A stretch of 64,000 bases of DNA from Nannocystis bainbridge (GTDB taxonomy: Bacteria > Myxococcota_A > Polyangia > Nannocystales > Nannocystaceae), in the NCBI RefSeq assembly GCF_028368995.1, contig NZ_JAQNDL010000001.1, forward strand, positions 3,104,001 through 3,168,000, written 5' to 3'. Numbering within the stretch: the first letter of the stretch is position 1; every line of letters begins with the position of its first letter. The notes under the pieces are model-generated. The model worked only from the letters and a program-made list of their open reading frames with translations. It made no database searches and was not told the DNA's origin. Of the stretch, positions 24,586-33,601 are shown one piece after another. The translations under genes and the position numbers were made by a program.

Positions 24586-26469
24586 ATGCGACTCCTCGAC
24601 GCCCGCCGGCTGACCGGGGTCAACCTCGACCTCGACGGCCCGGGCGCGATCGCCGAGGTCGAGTTCGAGCCCGGCGACGACCTCGCGCGGGCCCTCGCCG
24701 CCTGGCGGGACGCGGTCGCCCGCGCGGCCGCGCGGCTCGGCTGGCACGCGCCGACGACCGTGCGTCGGTGGGCTGGCGATCACGGCGCGGCTCTGGTGTT
24801 CCCGGCCCCGCCCGACGCGCTCTACGTCGCCGTCGACGTCACCGAGTGGGCCGTCGAGTGCGCCCAGCGGGCGCTGACCGGCGAGCCCCCGCGCGACCTC
24901 GAAGCGCTCCTGCCCGACCTGCTGGCGGCCCGCGAGCGCGAGCGCCTCGCCGTCCTCCCCGAGCTGCAGGCCGCCGCCGCCGCCCGCGGCGTCCCGCTGC
25001 TGCTCGACGACGACAGCCTCTCGCTCGGCGAGGGCGCCAGCTCGCGCACCTGGCCGCGGATCCTCGCGCCCTTGCCCGCGGATGTCCCCTGGGACAGCTT
25101 GCGAGCGATCCCCGTCGCCATCATCACCGGCACCAACGGCAAGACCACCACCGCGCGCCTGCTGGCCCGGATCGCCCGCACCGCCGGCCATGTCCCCGGC
25201 AACACCTCCACCGACGGCCTCGCCGTCGCCGAGCAGGTGGTCGAGACCGGCGACTGGACCGGCCCCGGCGCCGCCCGCATCGTCCTCCGCGACCACCGCG
25301 TCACGCTCGCCGTGCTCGAGGTCGCCCGCGGCGGGATCCTCCGCCGCGGCCTCGCGGTCGACCGCTGCGACGCCGCCTGCATCACCAACGTCGCCGCCGA
25401 CCACCTCGGCGAGCACGGCATCGACGACCTCGCCGCCATGGCCCGCGTCAAGGCCGTGGTCGCCCGCGTGGTCGCTCCCCACGGCCGCGTCATCCTCGGC
25501 GCCGACGCCCCGGCCGGCGTGCCTGCCTCATCGGACATGTCCGAAGCGACCTTGCCGAAAGGCCATGTCCATGCAGACATGCCCCTTCGGACATCCGCGC
25601 CGACGAGCGCCGCGTCTGCCCCTTCGGACAGCGGCAATTTACCTGCTCTTTCAGCCAGCGCTGCCAACCCCCTGCTCGACCTCCCGCCCGAGGCCTTCTC
25701 GGCGCCGGTCGTGTGGTTCTCGCGCGACCCGCAGCACCCGCGCCTGCTGCGTCACCGCGCGGCTGGCGGCGAGGTGTGGTTCGTCTCGCCCGCGGGGACG
25801 CTCACGCGCGGCCGCGGGGCCGAGCCCGACGTCGCCATCGTGCCCGTCGCCGAGCTCCCGTTCTGCTTCGGCGGGGCCGCCACGCACAACGTCGCCAACG
25901 CCCTCGCCGCCGCCGCCCTGGCGACCGCGCTCGGCCTGCCCGACGCCGCCATCGCCGCCGGCCTGCGCAGCTTCGACGACAACCCCGGGCGCGCCCAGTT
26001 GGTCCAGGTCGGCCACGCCAAGCTGTTCCTCGACTTCGCCCACAACCCCGCCGGCATCGCCGGCCTCGCCCCGCTGCTCGGGCAGATCCGCGCCGGCGCG
26101 CGCTTATTGATCAGCCTCGGCATCGCCGGCGACCGCCGCGACGAAGACCTCCGCGACGTCGCCCGCGCCGTCGCCTCGCTGCGCCCCGACCTCGTGCTCA
26201 CCCGCGACCTCGATCACTACCTGCGCGGACGGGCCCCGGGCGAGGTCCCGGGGCTGCTGGAGCGCAACTTCGCCGCGCTCGGGATCGCGTGCGAGCGGAC
26301 CGCGAGCGAGGTCGCGGCGATCCGTCGCGGCCTGGAGTGGGCGCGGCCTGGCGACCTGATCGCGATCCTCGTGCACGTCGACCGCGACGAGGTCTGGGCT
26401 GAACTGCGCGCCCGCGGCGTCGCGACCGCGGCCGATGGAGACCGATCCGGGCGCCCCGGAGCGGCGTAA
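24586..26469 (+). CDS. CphA-related Mur-ligase-domain protein lacking the ATP-grasp domain
   Basis: RRLTGVN CphA-like start, then ITGTNGKTT, EVARGG, NVAADHLG, DFAHNP, GDRRD; no ATP-grasp motifs. Confidence 0.85.
   Translation: MRLLDARRLTGVNLDLDGPGAIAEVEFEPGDDLARALAAWRDAVARAAARLGWHAPTTVRRWAGDHGAALVFPAPPDALYVAVDVTEWAVECAQRALTGEPPRDLEALLPDLLAARERERLAVLPELQAAAAARGVPLLLDDDSLSLGEGASSRTWPRILAPLPADVPWDSLRAIPVAIITGTNGKTTTARLLARIARTAGHVPGNTSTDGLAVAEQVVETGDWTGPGAARIVLRDHRVTLAVLEVARGGILRRGLAVDRCDAACITNVAADHLGEHGIDDLAAMARVKAVVARVVAPHGRVILGADAPAGVPASSDMSEATLPKGHVHADMPLRTSAPTSAASAPSDSGNLPALSASAANPLLDLPPEAFSAPVVWFSRDPQHPRLLRHRAAGGEVWFVSPAGTLTRGRGAEPDVAIVPVAELPFCFGGAATHNVANALAAAALATALGLPDAAIAAGLRSFDDNPGRAQLVQVGHAKLFLDFAHNPAGIAGLAPLLGQIRAGARLLISLGIAGDRRDEDLRDVARAVASLRPDLVLTRDLDHYLRGRAPGEVPGLLERNFAALGIACERTASEVAAIRRGLEWARPGDLIAILVHVDRDEVWAELRARGVATAADGDRSGRPGAA
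25524..25630. repeat. 14-bp palindrome array inside the CDS (five phased units plus one)
   Basis: TGCCTCATCGGACA|TGTCCGAAGCGACC|TTGCCGAAAGGCCA|TGTCCATGCAGACA|TGCCCCTTCGGACA ... TGCCCCTTCGGACA. Confidence 0.85.
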
Positions 26470-26540
26470 GAGCGTGACGACCTCGCACGCTCACCATGCT
26501 TGACGCGCACGCATACGGCCGCGCATATAGTCCAGCACCC

Positions 26541-27137
26541 GTGTCACGGCTGGGCCCAAACTCGCCGCCCGGGCCTTCGGGCCCCGAGCGCAGCGACGGC
26601 GAGCTCCTCGCCGCCATGGCCTCCGGCGACAGTGACGCGCTCGGCGACCTGCACGACCGCTACGCCGGCACCCTGCTGGCCACCGCGATCCGGATCCTCG
26701 GCAGCCGCCGCGAGGCCGAGGACCTCGTGCACGACGTGCTGATGGAGGTCTGGCAGAAGTCCGCCGACTACGACCCCGAGCGGGGCAGCGTGCGCACCTG
26801 GATCCTCATCCGCCTGCGCAGCCGGGCCCTCGACCGCTGCCGCCGGGCCGGTCGCTTCCGCGTCGAGACCCTCGAGGAGCGCGACCTCGACGACCTCGGG
26901 CTCGCCGGCGGCGACGATCCCGGCCACAGCCTCGACCACGAGCGCGTACGCCGCGCACTGCACGAACTGCCGCCCGCACAGCGCCAGGTGCTCGAATTGG
27001 CCTATTTCGAGGGTCTCTCGGCCACCGAGATCGCCGAGCGGCTCGCCGTTCCGGTCGGCACCGTCAAGTCGCGGACCGCTTCCGGCCTCGCCAAGCTGCG
27101 CGCCGCCCTTCATGCTGAAGACAGGGGGGACCGATGA
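26541..27137 (+). CDS. ECF RNA polymerase sigma factor
   Basis: AEDLVHDVLMEVW (region 2), WILIRLRSRALD, LAYFEGLSATEIAERLAVPVGTVKSR (region 4); start uncertain. Confidence 0.9.
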   Translation: MSRLGPNSPPGPSGPERSDGELLAAMASGDSDALGDLHDRYAGTLLATAIRILGSRREAEDLVHDVLMEVWQKSADYDPERGSVRTWILIRLRSRALDRCRRAGRFRVETLEERDLDDLGLAGGDDPGHSLDHERVRRALHELPPAQRQVLELAYFEGLSATEIAERLAVPVGTVKSRTASGLAKLRAALHAEDRGDR

Positions 27138-27763
27138 CCGGCCGCGACCGCGAAGCCCCGCCGCCGGACCCGCGCCACGCGTCCGCGCCGCACGAGGATG
27201 ATCTTCAGGACATGTCCATCAGGACAGGCGATGCTGATGCTGTCGACGGCGCCATCGCCGAGGCGTTCACCGCCCTCTCGCTCGCGCTGAAGCCGGTCCG
27301 CCCGACCGCCGCCATGCGTGCCCGCCTGCTCGCCGCCGTCACCGCGCCCGAGCGCCGCTTCAGCCCCTTCATCGGCCGCCTCGCCCGCCTCCTCGACCTC
27401 GCCGAGGCCCGCGTGCGCGAGCTGCTGGACCGCCTCACCGACCGCGCGGCGTGGGAGAACGTGCTGCCGGACGTCGAGCTGTTCCACCTCGAGGGCGGCC
27501 CGGCCACCGCGGGCGCCGACGTCGGGTTCGTGCGCGTCGCCGCCGGCGCCCGCTTCCCGCACCACAACCACCTCGGCGACGAGCACGTGCTGGTGCTGCA
27601 GGGCGGCTTCGTCGAGGACGACGGCACCGTCGTGCGCGCCGGCGCCAGCTCCCACTGCGGCCCCGGCAGCAGCCACAGCCTCACCGCCCTGCCCGACCAG
27701 GACCTGGTCTACGCCGTCGTCGTGTTCGGCGTCGAGTTCCCCGGCCTGCCGCCGCGGCCCTGA
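27134..27763 (+). CDS. ChrR-like cupin-domain anti-sigma factor
   Basis: ATGA overlap with the sigma gene; PHHNHLGDEHVLVLQG...SSH cupin motif. Confidence 0.8.
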   Translation: MTGRDREAPPPDPRHASAPHEDDLQDMSIRTGDADAVDGAIAEAFTALSLALKPVRPTAAMRARLLAAVTAPERRFSPFIGRLARLLDLAEARVRELLDRLTDRAAWENVLPDVELFHLEGGPATAGADVGFVRVAAGARFPHHNHLGDEHVLVLQGGFVEDDGTVVRAGASSHCGPGSSHSLTALPDQDLVYAVVVFGVEFPGLPPRP

Positions 27764-27769
27764 CTCGCC

Positions 27770-27825
27770 TGCCTCCCGGGACATGTCCGAGTGGACATGC
27801 CCCGAAAGACATGCCCGAAAGCACC
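27770..27825. repeat. Array of four phased 14-bp palindromes
   Basis: TGCCTCCCGGGACA|TGTCCGAGTGGACA|TGCCCCGAAAGACA|TGCCCGAAAGCACC. Confidence 0.88.
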
Positions 27826-27875
27826 CGCAGCCGGGGCTGCCCTCGCACCGCGCCGCACGCCGGCGCATCGGGGAG

Positions 27876-28262
27876 CTACCCGTGGTTCATCAGGAAGGTC
27901 GCGGTGTCGGCGAAGAACCCCCGCAGCGTCGCCGCCGCCCCCGGCTCGAGCTGGACCTCGGCGAGCGCCGCTTCCATCAGCGCCACCCAGCGATCGCGGG
28001 CGCGCAGGTCGAGCTTGAAGGGCATGTGCCTGGCCCGCAGCCGCGGATGGCCCCGCTGCGCGATGTAGCGCTGCGGACCGCCGAATCGGCCGACCAGGAA
28101 GTCGCGCAGGCGGACCTCGGCCCCGGTCATGTCGTCGCGCGGGTACATCGGCCCCAGGATGTCGTCGTCGACCACGCGGCGATAAAAGGCCGCTGCCAGC
28201 CGCGCAAAGCCCTCCTCGCCGATCCGGGCGTAGATCTCGTGTTCCGGCGCCTGCTCGCTCAT
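27876..28262 (-). CDS. Group II truncated hemoglobin (GlbO-like)
   Basis: IYARIGEE...FYRRV...FGGPQRY...GHPRLRARH...RDRW. Confidence 0.9.
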   Translation of the reverse strand: MSEQAPEHEIYARIGEEGFARLAAAFYRRVVDDDILGPMYPRDDMTGAEVRLRDFLVGRFGGPQRYIAQRGHPRLRARHMPFKLDLRARDRWVALMEAALAEVQLEPGAAATLRGFFADTATFLMNHG

Positions 28263-28409
28263 CGGCGTCAGTGTGCCACGGGGCCTCGGCGCAGCCGCCG
28301 TCGCGGGCCGTGAGACAGCCGGCGCCGCCGAGCCGATCGCCGTGATCGCCGCCGCCGCCCGCGTGAACAAACTTCGGGCCGCGCGCACCCGGAAGTCCGC
28401 CGGGTCCCG

Positions 28410-29441
28410 GTGTCACCGCCCGCCGGGCGCGACCTGTCCCAAGGTAGGGGGACCGGGTCCGCGGCGCCCGCCCCGCCCGTCCTGCGCCGAGTTCTCCCGC
28501 CCGCGGCGAGCCCCGTGGTAGCCTGGACGCAGGTGCAGAGCCTGGCGCAGGACGAAGAGGACACCCTCGAAGCGGGCACCCTCGTCGCGACCTACTTCCG
28601 CGTGCTCGAGTTCATCGGCCCCGCCAACTTCGGCGATCTGTACCGCGGCGAGCACATCCAGATGGGCAGCCGCTGCGCCGTGCGGGTGCTCAGCCCGCAG
28701 TGGAAGAGCCTCGTGCGCGGCGACGAGGACGTCGACCGCTTCCGCCGCATGGCCCGCGCCGCCAGCGACACCTCGCACCCCAACATCGCGCAGGTGTTCG
28801 ACGGCGGCCGGCTGGCCGACGGCCGGCTGTTCCTGGTCACCGAGCTGCTGGTCGGCAGCAGCCTGTTCGAGGCCGTCGCCGAGCGGCGCTACCTGCCGGT
28901 CCTGCGGGCCGCGCGGATCCTCCGCGACGTCGCCCGGGCCGTGCGCGCCGCCCACAACGCCGGCCAGGTCCACCGCGACCTCAAGGCCGAGAACGTCATG
29001 CTCGTGCCGCTGCCCGACGGCGACGGCGAGGCCGTGCAGGTGCTCGACTTCGGCATCGCCGCCTGGGCCGAGGCCGAGGCGCGCAAGCAGAACCCCGGCG
29101 CCTTCGTGGCCACGCCCGAGTACATGGCCCCCGAGCAGGTGCTGGGCAAGCCCGCCAGCCCGCTGTTCGACATCTACGCCATGGGCGTGATGCTGTTCGA
29201 GGCCCTCGTCGGCGAGACCCCGTTCTCCGGCAACCCGCAGGCGCTGATGAAGGCCAAGGTCGCCCGCCCCGCACCCTCGCTCGCCAGCAAGCTGCCCGGC
29301 ATGCCGCGCCGCCTCAGCGAGCTGGTCGACGACTGCCTCCACACGGACCCCGGCCTGCGGCCCCAGAGCGCCAACGAGTTCGTGGTCCGCATCGAGGAGA
29401 TCCTCCGCACCTTGAACCGGACCTCGGGCCCGCAGACATGA
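28410..29441 (+). CDS. Hanks-type Ser/Thr kinase-like protein, possibly a pseudokinase
   Basis: HPNI, HRDLKAEN, DFG, YMAPE, DIYAMG present; Gly loop reads GPANFG and VAIK reads CAVR. Confidence 0.85.
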   Translation: MSPPAGRDLSQGRGTGSAAPAPPVLRRVLPPAASPVVAWTQVQSLAQDEEDTLEAGTLVATYFRVLEFIGPANFGDLYRGEHIQMGSRCAVRVLSPQWKSLVRGDEDVDRFRRMARAASDTSHPNIAQVFDGGRLADGRLFLVTELLVGSSLFEAVAERRYLPVLRAARILRDVARAVRAAHNAGQVHRDLKAENVMLVPLPDGDGEAVQVLDFGIAAWAEAEARKQNPGAFVATPEYMAPEQVLGKPASPLFDIYAMGVMLFEALVGETPFSGNPQALMKAKVARPAPSLASKLPGMPRRLSELVDDCLHTDPGLRPQSANEFVVRIEEILRTLNRTSGPQT

Positions 29442-29462
29442 GCCCGCGGGCCGCCCCCGGCC

Positions 29463-29660
29463 TGTCCTGAAGCACATGTCCCCCGGAACCTGCCCTCGGG
29501 ACCCTGTCCTGAAGCACATGTCCCCCGGAGCCTGTCCTCGCGCACCTGTCCCGCCGGGCAGCCCAGCCCCCGCCGCGGCCTGTCCTCGCGCACCTGTCCC
29601 GCCGGGCAGCCCAGCCCCCGCCGCGACCCGCCTTCGAGCAACTGTCCCGCCGGGCAGCCC
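29463..29660. repeat. 14-bp unit array with 42-bp and 48-bp higher-order duplications
   Basis: TGTCCTGAAGCACA|TGTCCCCCGGA(A/G)CC occurs twice 42 bp apart; the block TGTCCTCGCGCACC|TGTCCCGCCGGGCA|GCCCAGCCCCCGCCGCGGCC repeats at 48 bp. Confidence 0.85.
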
Positions 29661-30609
29661 AGCTCCCACCGGGTCCGCGGCCTCGATCGCCGCCGCTCGG
29701 CTCGCCACGCTCCTGGCCTTTGGAGCATGTTCCTCGAGCCCTGTCCCTTCCGACAGCCCCGGCCCGCCCCCGCCCGCGCTCGCCCCCGTCCCCCCGGCCG
29801 TCGAGTGCCCCGAGTTCGCCGTCGCCGCCAGCCCCGGCTCGCTCGCCCCGCCGGAGATCGTCGAGGCCTCGGGCCTGGCCGCCAGCCGTCAGAACCCGGG
29901 CGTGCTGTGGACCCACAACGACTCCGACGCCGGCGGCCCGCTCGTCTACGCGTTCGCCCGCGACGGCGCGCGCTACCTCGGCCGCTGGCGGCTGGGCGGC
30001 GCCGCGGTCCATGACTGGGAGGACATGGCCCTCGGGCCAGGCAAGGACGGCCGCGACGCGCTCTACGTCGGCGACATCGGCGACAACCAGCGCAAGCGCG
30101 CGCACGTGGTCGTCTACCGGGTCGCCGAGCCGACCGTCGACCTCGCCGCCGCGCCCGCCGAGCACCGCCTGTCCGGCGTCGAGCGCCTGGTCTTCACCTA
30201 CCCGGGCGGCCAGGCTCACAACGCCGAGACCTTGCTCGTCGACCCCGTGCGCGGCGACCTTTGCATCGTCACCAAGCGCCGCGGCGGCTCGGCCGTGTTC
30301 TGCGCCGCCGCCCCGCTGAGCTCCGGCGAGCTCGTCGCGGCCGGCGAGTCCGACGTGCTCGGCCTCGTCACCGGCGGCGCCGTCAGCCGCGACGGCACGC
30401 TGGTGGCCCTCCGCTCCTACCTGGCCGCCCGCGCCTGGCGCCGCGACCCCTCACGCCCGCTCGCCGAGGCCTTCCGCGGCCCCGACTGCCACCTCCCGCT
30501 CGCGCTCGAGCGCCAGGGCGAGGCGCTCACCTTCGCCAGCGACGGCCGCGGCTACTACACCGTCAGCGAAGGCCTCGCCCCGACGCTGCACGTCTACGCG
30601 CCCCGCTGA
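29518..30609 (+). CDS. Secreted beta-propeller-like lipoprotein (true start uncertain, probably downstream of the repeat)
   Basis: FGAC lipobox; EASGLA, WTHNDS, DWEDMA, GDIGDN, NAETL, QGEAL motifs. Confidence 0.7.
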   Translation: MSPGACPRAPVPPGSPAPAAACPRAPVPPGSPAPAATRLRATVPPGSPAPTGSAASIAAARLATLLAFGACSSSPVPSDSPGPPPPALAPVPPAVECPEFAVAASPGSLAPPEIVEASGLAASRQNPGVLWTHNDSDAGGPLVYAFARDGARYLGRWRLGGAAVHDWEDMALGPGKDGRDALYVGDIGDNQRKRAHVVVYRVAEPTVDLAAAPAEHRLSGVERLVFTYPGGQAHNAETLLVDPVRGDLCIVTKRRGGSAVFCAAAPLSSGELVAAGESDVLGLVTGGAVSRDGTLVALRSYLAARAWRRDPSRPLAEAFRGPDCHLPLALERQGEALTFASDGRGYYTVSEGLAPTLHVYAPR

Positions 30610-30687
30610 TCCCGCGCGAACCGGTCCTGTTCCAAACCGCTCCCGCGCGCGCACGACCTCACCGGCGACCCGCGCGGCAAGAGAGAC

Positions 30688-31122
30688 TCAGAGATACTGG
30701 ATCGTCACGCGCTGGACCGTCCCGCCGGCCGCCACGCTGAATTTCGCGTCGCGGTACTTCGGCGGCCCGAACCGGCCCTTCGCGTTGTTCGAGGCGGCGA
30801 ACCCTTCCTTCGGGATCCCCACCCACGTCGTGTCCATCGCGTTGTTGCCGTTCTCGTCGTGGACCACGGCGAACGCGTACTCGCCGACCGGCGCCGCCAG
30901 GTCGACCTGCGCCTTTCCGTTCGCCACCTTCGCCACCGCCGTCTGCCACGCCTTGCCCGGGTCGCTCGGGAAGCCGTCAGGGCCGCGATACACCGCCACC
31001 AGCACCTGACCGGCGTCGCTGCGGAACCCGCTCATCCGGATCGACAGTCCGCCCTCGGCCTCGGCCGGCGCGGCGGTGGCGAGGAGCGCCAGGATGCTCG
31101 TGATCAAGCTTTGTGCCAGCAT
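30688..31122 (-). CDS. DUF2141-family exported protein
   Basis: Signal peptide; GEYAFAVVHDENGN...GIPKEGFAASNN...GPPKY. Confidence 0.85.
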   Translation of the reverse strand: MLAQSLITSILALLATAAPAEAEGGLSIRMSGFRSDAGQVLVAVYRGPDGFPSDPGKAWQTAVAKVANGKAQVDLAAPVGEYAFAVVHDENGNNAMDTTWVGIPKEGFAASNNAKGRFGPPKYRDAKFSVAAGGTVQRVTIQYL

Positions 31123-31258
31123 GCGGGGTCGAGTCTCCAGCCGGGGATGGCGCCGCAAGCGGTTGCAGAGCGGCCTGGATCGCAGTATACAAGCTTTGCG
31201 GAGAGTTGCTCGCAACCTTTCGCAAGCCCTGAACCCTCTCCGTCGACCCGCGACCCCC

Positions 31259-32173
31259 GTGAGTACCGGACGATACCGCATCCAATCGGTGGCCGAGATG
31301 ACCGGCGTGTCGGCGGCCACCCTGCGCGCCTGGGAGCGTCGCTACGGCCTGCCCGCCCCCCGGCGCTCGTCGTCGGCCTACCGCCTCTACAGCGACCGTG
31401 ACGTCGAGCGGATCCGCCGCGTGCGCGAGCTGTGCGAGGCGGGCATGGCGCCGTCCGAAGCCGCACGCAGCGTGCTCGCCACCGACGACGAGAGCGCCGT
31501 GGCCGCCCGCGTCGAGGCCGACAACGACGAGCTCGCCGTCCAGCGGATCCTCGAGGCCGTCGACCACTTCGACCCCGACCGCATCGAGGCCGCCGTCAAG
31601 AGCTCGCTGTTCCTCGGCCCGGCCGTTACCCTGTTCGAGCGGGTGTTCAGCCCCGCCCTCGTGCAGCTCGGCGAGCGCTGGGCCCAGGGCACCGTCAGCG
31701 TCGCCCAGGAACACCTGGCCGCCGAGATCCTCGGCAACACCATGCGCTTCCTGCTGCGCCTCGTGCAGCCCGAGCGCGCGCGCCGGCAGGTCGTGCTGGC
31801 CTGCTTCGCCGACGAGGAGCACACCGGCCCGCTCTACGGCGTCGGCCTGCGCCTGGCCACCTGGGGCGTCAAGTCGATCGTGCTCGGGGCCCGCACCCCG
31901 CCCGAGGCCGTGCGCCACATGATCGACGAGCTGCGCCCCGACATCGTCGGCCTGTCCGCCACCGTCGTCCCCCCTCCCGAGCGCCTCCACGCCCTCCTCG
32001 ACGGCTACGCCGCCGCCTGCGGCTCGACCCCGTGGATGGTCGGCGGGATCGCGGCCGAGGCCATGCGCGAGCCCCTGACTGCCCGCGGCGGCCACGTCGC
32101 CCCGACCGCCAAGGATCGCCTCCACGAGCTGATCCAGCGGCTCTGCCCGCTCGACGCCGCCGCCGCCGACTGA
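31259..32173 (+). CDS. CarH/CarA-like MerR regulator with B12-binding domain
   Basis: TLRAWERRYG MerR HTH; W-x9-EH (WAQGTVSVAQEH); EEHTG B12-binding His. Confidence 0.88.
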   Translation: MSTGRYRIQSVAEMTGVSAATLRAWERRYGLPAPRRSSSAYRLYSDRDVERIRRVRELCEAGMAPSEAARSVLATDDESAVAARVEADNDELAVQRILEAVDHFDPDRIEAAVKSSLFLGPAVTLFERVFSPALVQLGERWAQGTVSVAQEHLAAEILGNTMRFLLRLVQPERARRQVVLACFADEEHTGPLYGVGLRLATWGVKSIVLGARTPPEAVRHMIDELRPDIVGLSATVVPPPERLHALLDGYAAACGSTPWMVGGIAAEAMREPLTARGGHVAPTAKDRLHELIQRLCPLDAAAAD

Positions 32174-32183
32174 CCGCCGCGGC

Positions 32184-32244
32184 AGCCCCTTCGGACATGC
32201 CCCGAAGGACATGTCTCTAAGAACATTACCCATGGGACATGTCC
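32184..32244. repeat. Array of four or more phased 14-bp palindromes
   Basis: AGCCCCTTCGGACA|TGCCCCGAAGGACA|TGTCTCTAAGAACA|TTACCCATGGGACA|TGTCC. Confidence 0.88.
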
Positions 32245-32491
32245 ACTGCTACGACAAGCTCGCCGCCCCCTGTCACCGCATCGATCGCCGCCGAGCCGTC
32301 AGAGCGCGAGCGCCGCGACAGCAGACGCCCACGCCCCACCTTCGTCACCCTCCCGCTGTCGCTACCTTCGTGGGAGACCCGCTGCGCGGCCCGGGCTCTG
32401 CGCGTGAATTCGGCGGCTGCGAGCGCCTCCCCATCGCAACCCCCGGCGCCCTTTGACAACGCCGGCCCGGCGCGTCAAAACCGCCTCGCCG

Positions 32492-33397
32492 ATGTCGCCA
32501 CGCCGCTTCGCCCCTGTCCTGTCCCTCGCGCTCGCTCTGGCCTGCACCCGCGGCGGCGAGAGTGCCCCGCCGGTCGACGCACCGCCGCCCGAGCCGCCCG
32601 CCGTGGCCGCCGAGATCGCCCCCGAGCCCGAGCCCGAAGCCCCGCCGGAGCCCGAGGCCCCGCCCGCGCCCACGCTCGACCTCCTCGCCACCGCCAGCGA
32701 GACCGGCGGCCTCACCACCTTCCTGTCCGCGGTCGACGTCGCCGGCCTGCGCGACGCCTTGCAGGGCCCCGGCCCCTTCACGATCTTCGCCCCCAGCGAC
32801 AAGGCGTTCGCCGCCCTGCCCAAGGGCGAGCTCGACCGCCTGCTCAAGAACAAGAAGAAGCTCGCCGCGCTGCTGCAGCACCACGTCGTCGCCGGCCCGC
32901 CGCTGCCCGGCAAGGCCTACCCGTCGGCGGTCGGCAGCCCCGCCGAGCCTGCCGCCGCCGAGCCTGCCGCCGCCGAGCCGCCCGCCGAGCTCCCGCCGCC
33001 CACGCTCACGACCCTCGCCGGCGTCCCGCTGCCGCTGCTGCCCGCGCTGGCGCGCGCCGACATTCCGGCCACCAACGGCGTGCTCCACGTGATCGACGCC
33101 GTCCTGCCCGCCCCCGGCAAGCCCGCGAAGTCGGTCAAGCCCGCCCAGCCGGCCACCAAGCCCACCCAGCCGGCCACCAAGCCCGCCCAAGGGACCGACC
33201 CCGCCCCAAGCAACAAGCCCGCGCAAGCGACGGACCCCGCCGCCAAGCCGCCCGAGCCGAGCAAGCCCGCGCAAGCGACCGACCCCGCCGCCAAGCCGCC
33301 CGAGCCGAGCAAGCCCGCGCAAGCGACCGACCCCGCCATCAAGCCCGCCAAGCCCGCCGAGGCGAGCAAAAAGCCCGCGCAGCCGCCTGCCCCGTAG
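32492..33397 (+). CDS. Fasciclin (FAS1) domain lipoprotein with Pro/Ala/Lys repeat tail
   Basis: LALAC lipobox; GPFTIFAPSDKAF; NGVLHVIDAVL; KPAQATDPAAKPPEPS repeats. Confidence 0.88.
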   Translation: MSPRRFAPVLSLALALACTRGGESAPPVDAPPPEPPAVAAEIAPEPEPEAPPEPEAPPAPTLDLLATASETGGLTTFLSAVDVAGLRDALQGPGPFTIFAPSDKAFAALPKGELDRLLKNKKKLAALLQHHVVAGPPLPGKAYPSAVGSPAEPAAAEPAAAEPPAELPPPTLTTLAGVPLPLLPALARADIPATNGVLHVIDAVLPAPGKPAKSVKPAQPATKPTQPATKPAQGTDPAPSNKPAQATDPAAKPPEPSKPAQATDPAAKPPEPSKPAQATDPAIKPAKPAEASKKPAQPPAP

Positions 33398-33401
33398 AGC
33401 A

Positions 33402-33546
33402 TGTCCTATGCGACCTGTCGCTTTGGACATGCTTTAAAGGGCATGTCCGAAGCACCAGGATCCTCGAGCTCGCCGAACGGGGCCCGACAGACCAGCCAGC
33501 CCGAGCGAGTCCCCCCGAGCTTCGCTCTCACCTGTCCGCAAGGACA
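33402..33546. repeat. Array of four phased 14-bp palindromes plus a solitary copy
   Basis: TGTCCTATGCGACC|TGTCGCTTTGGACA|TGCTTTAAAGGGCA|TGTCCGAAGCACCA; TGTCCGCAAGGACA at 33533. Confidence 0.8.
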
Positions 33547-33601
33547 GCCGTCGCCTCGCCCTCTCGCTGTCCCTTCGCAGCGCCGGACCTGCCCGCTCCG
33601 C

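Noticed and set aside
20749-25482. 1577-aa minus-strand ORF and other very long ORFs (15811-19386, 33528-36911, 52829-55246)
   Set aside because: Antisense or frame shadows of real high-GC genes; Arg/Gly/Ala-rich with no motifs.
33130-33350. Tandem DNA repeats in the fasciclin gene
   Set aside because: Ordinary protein-level Pro/Ala/Lys linker repeats, unrelated to the 14-bp motif.
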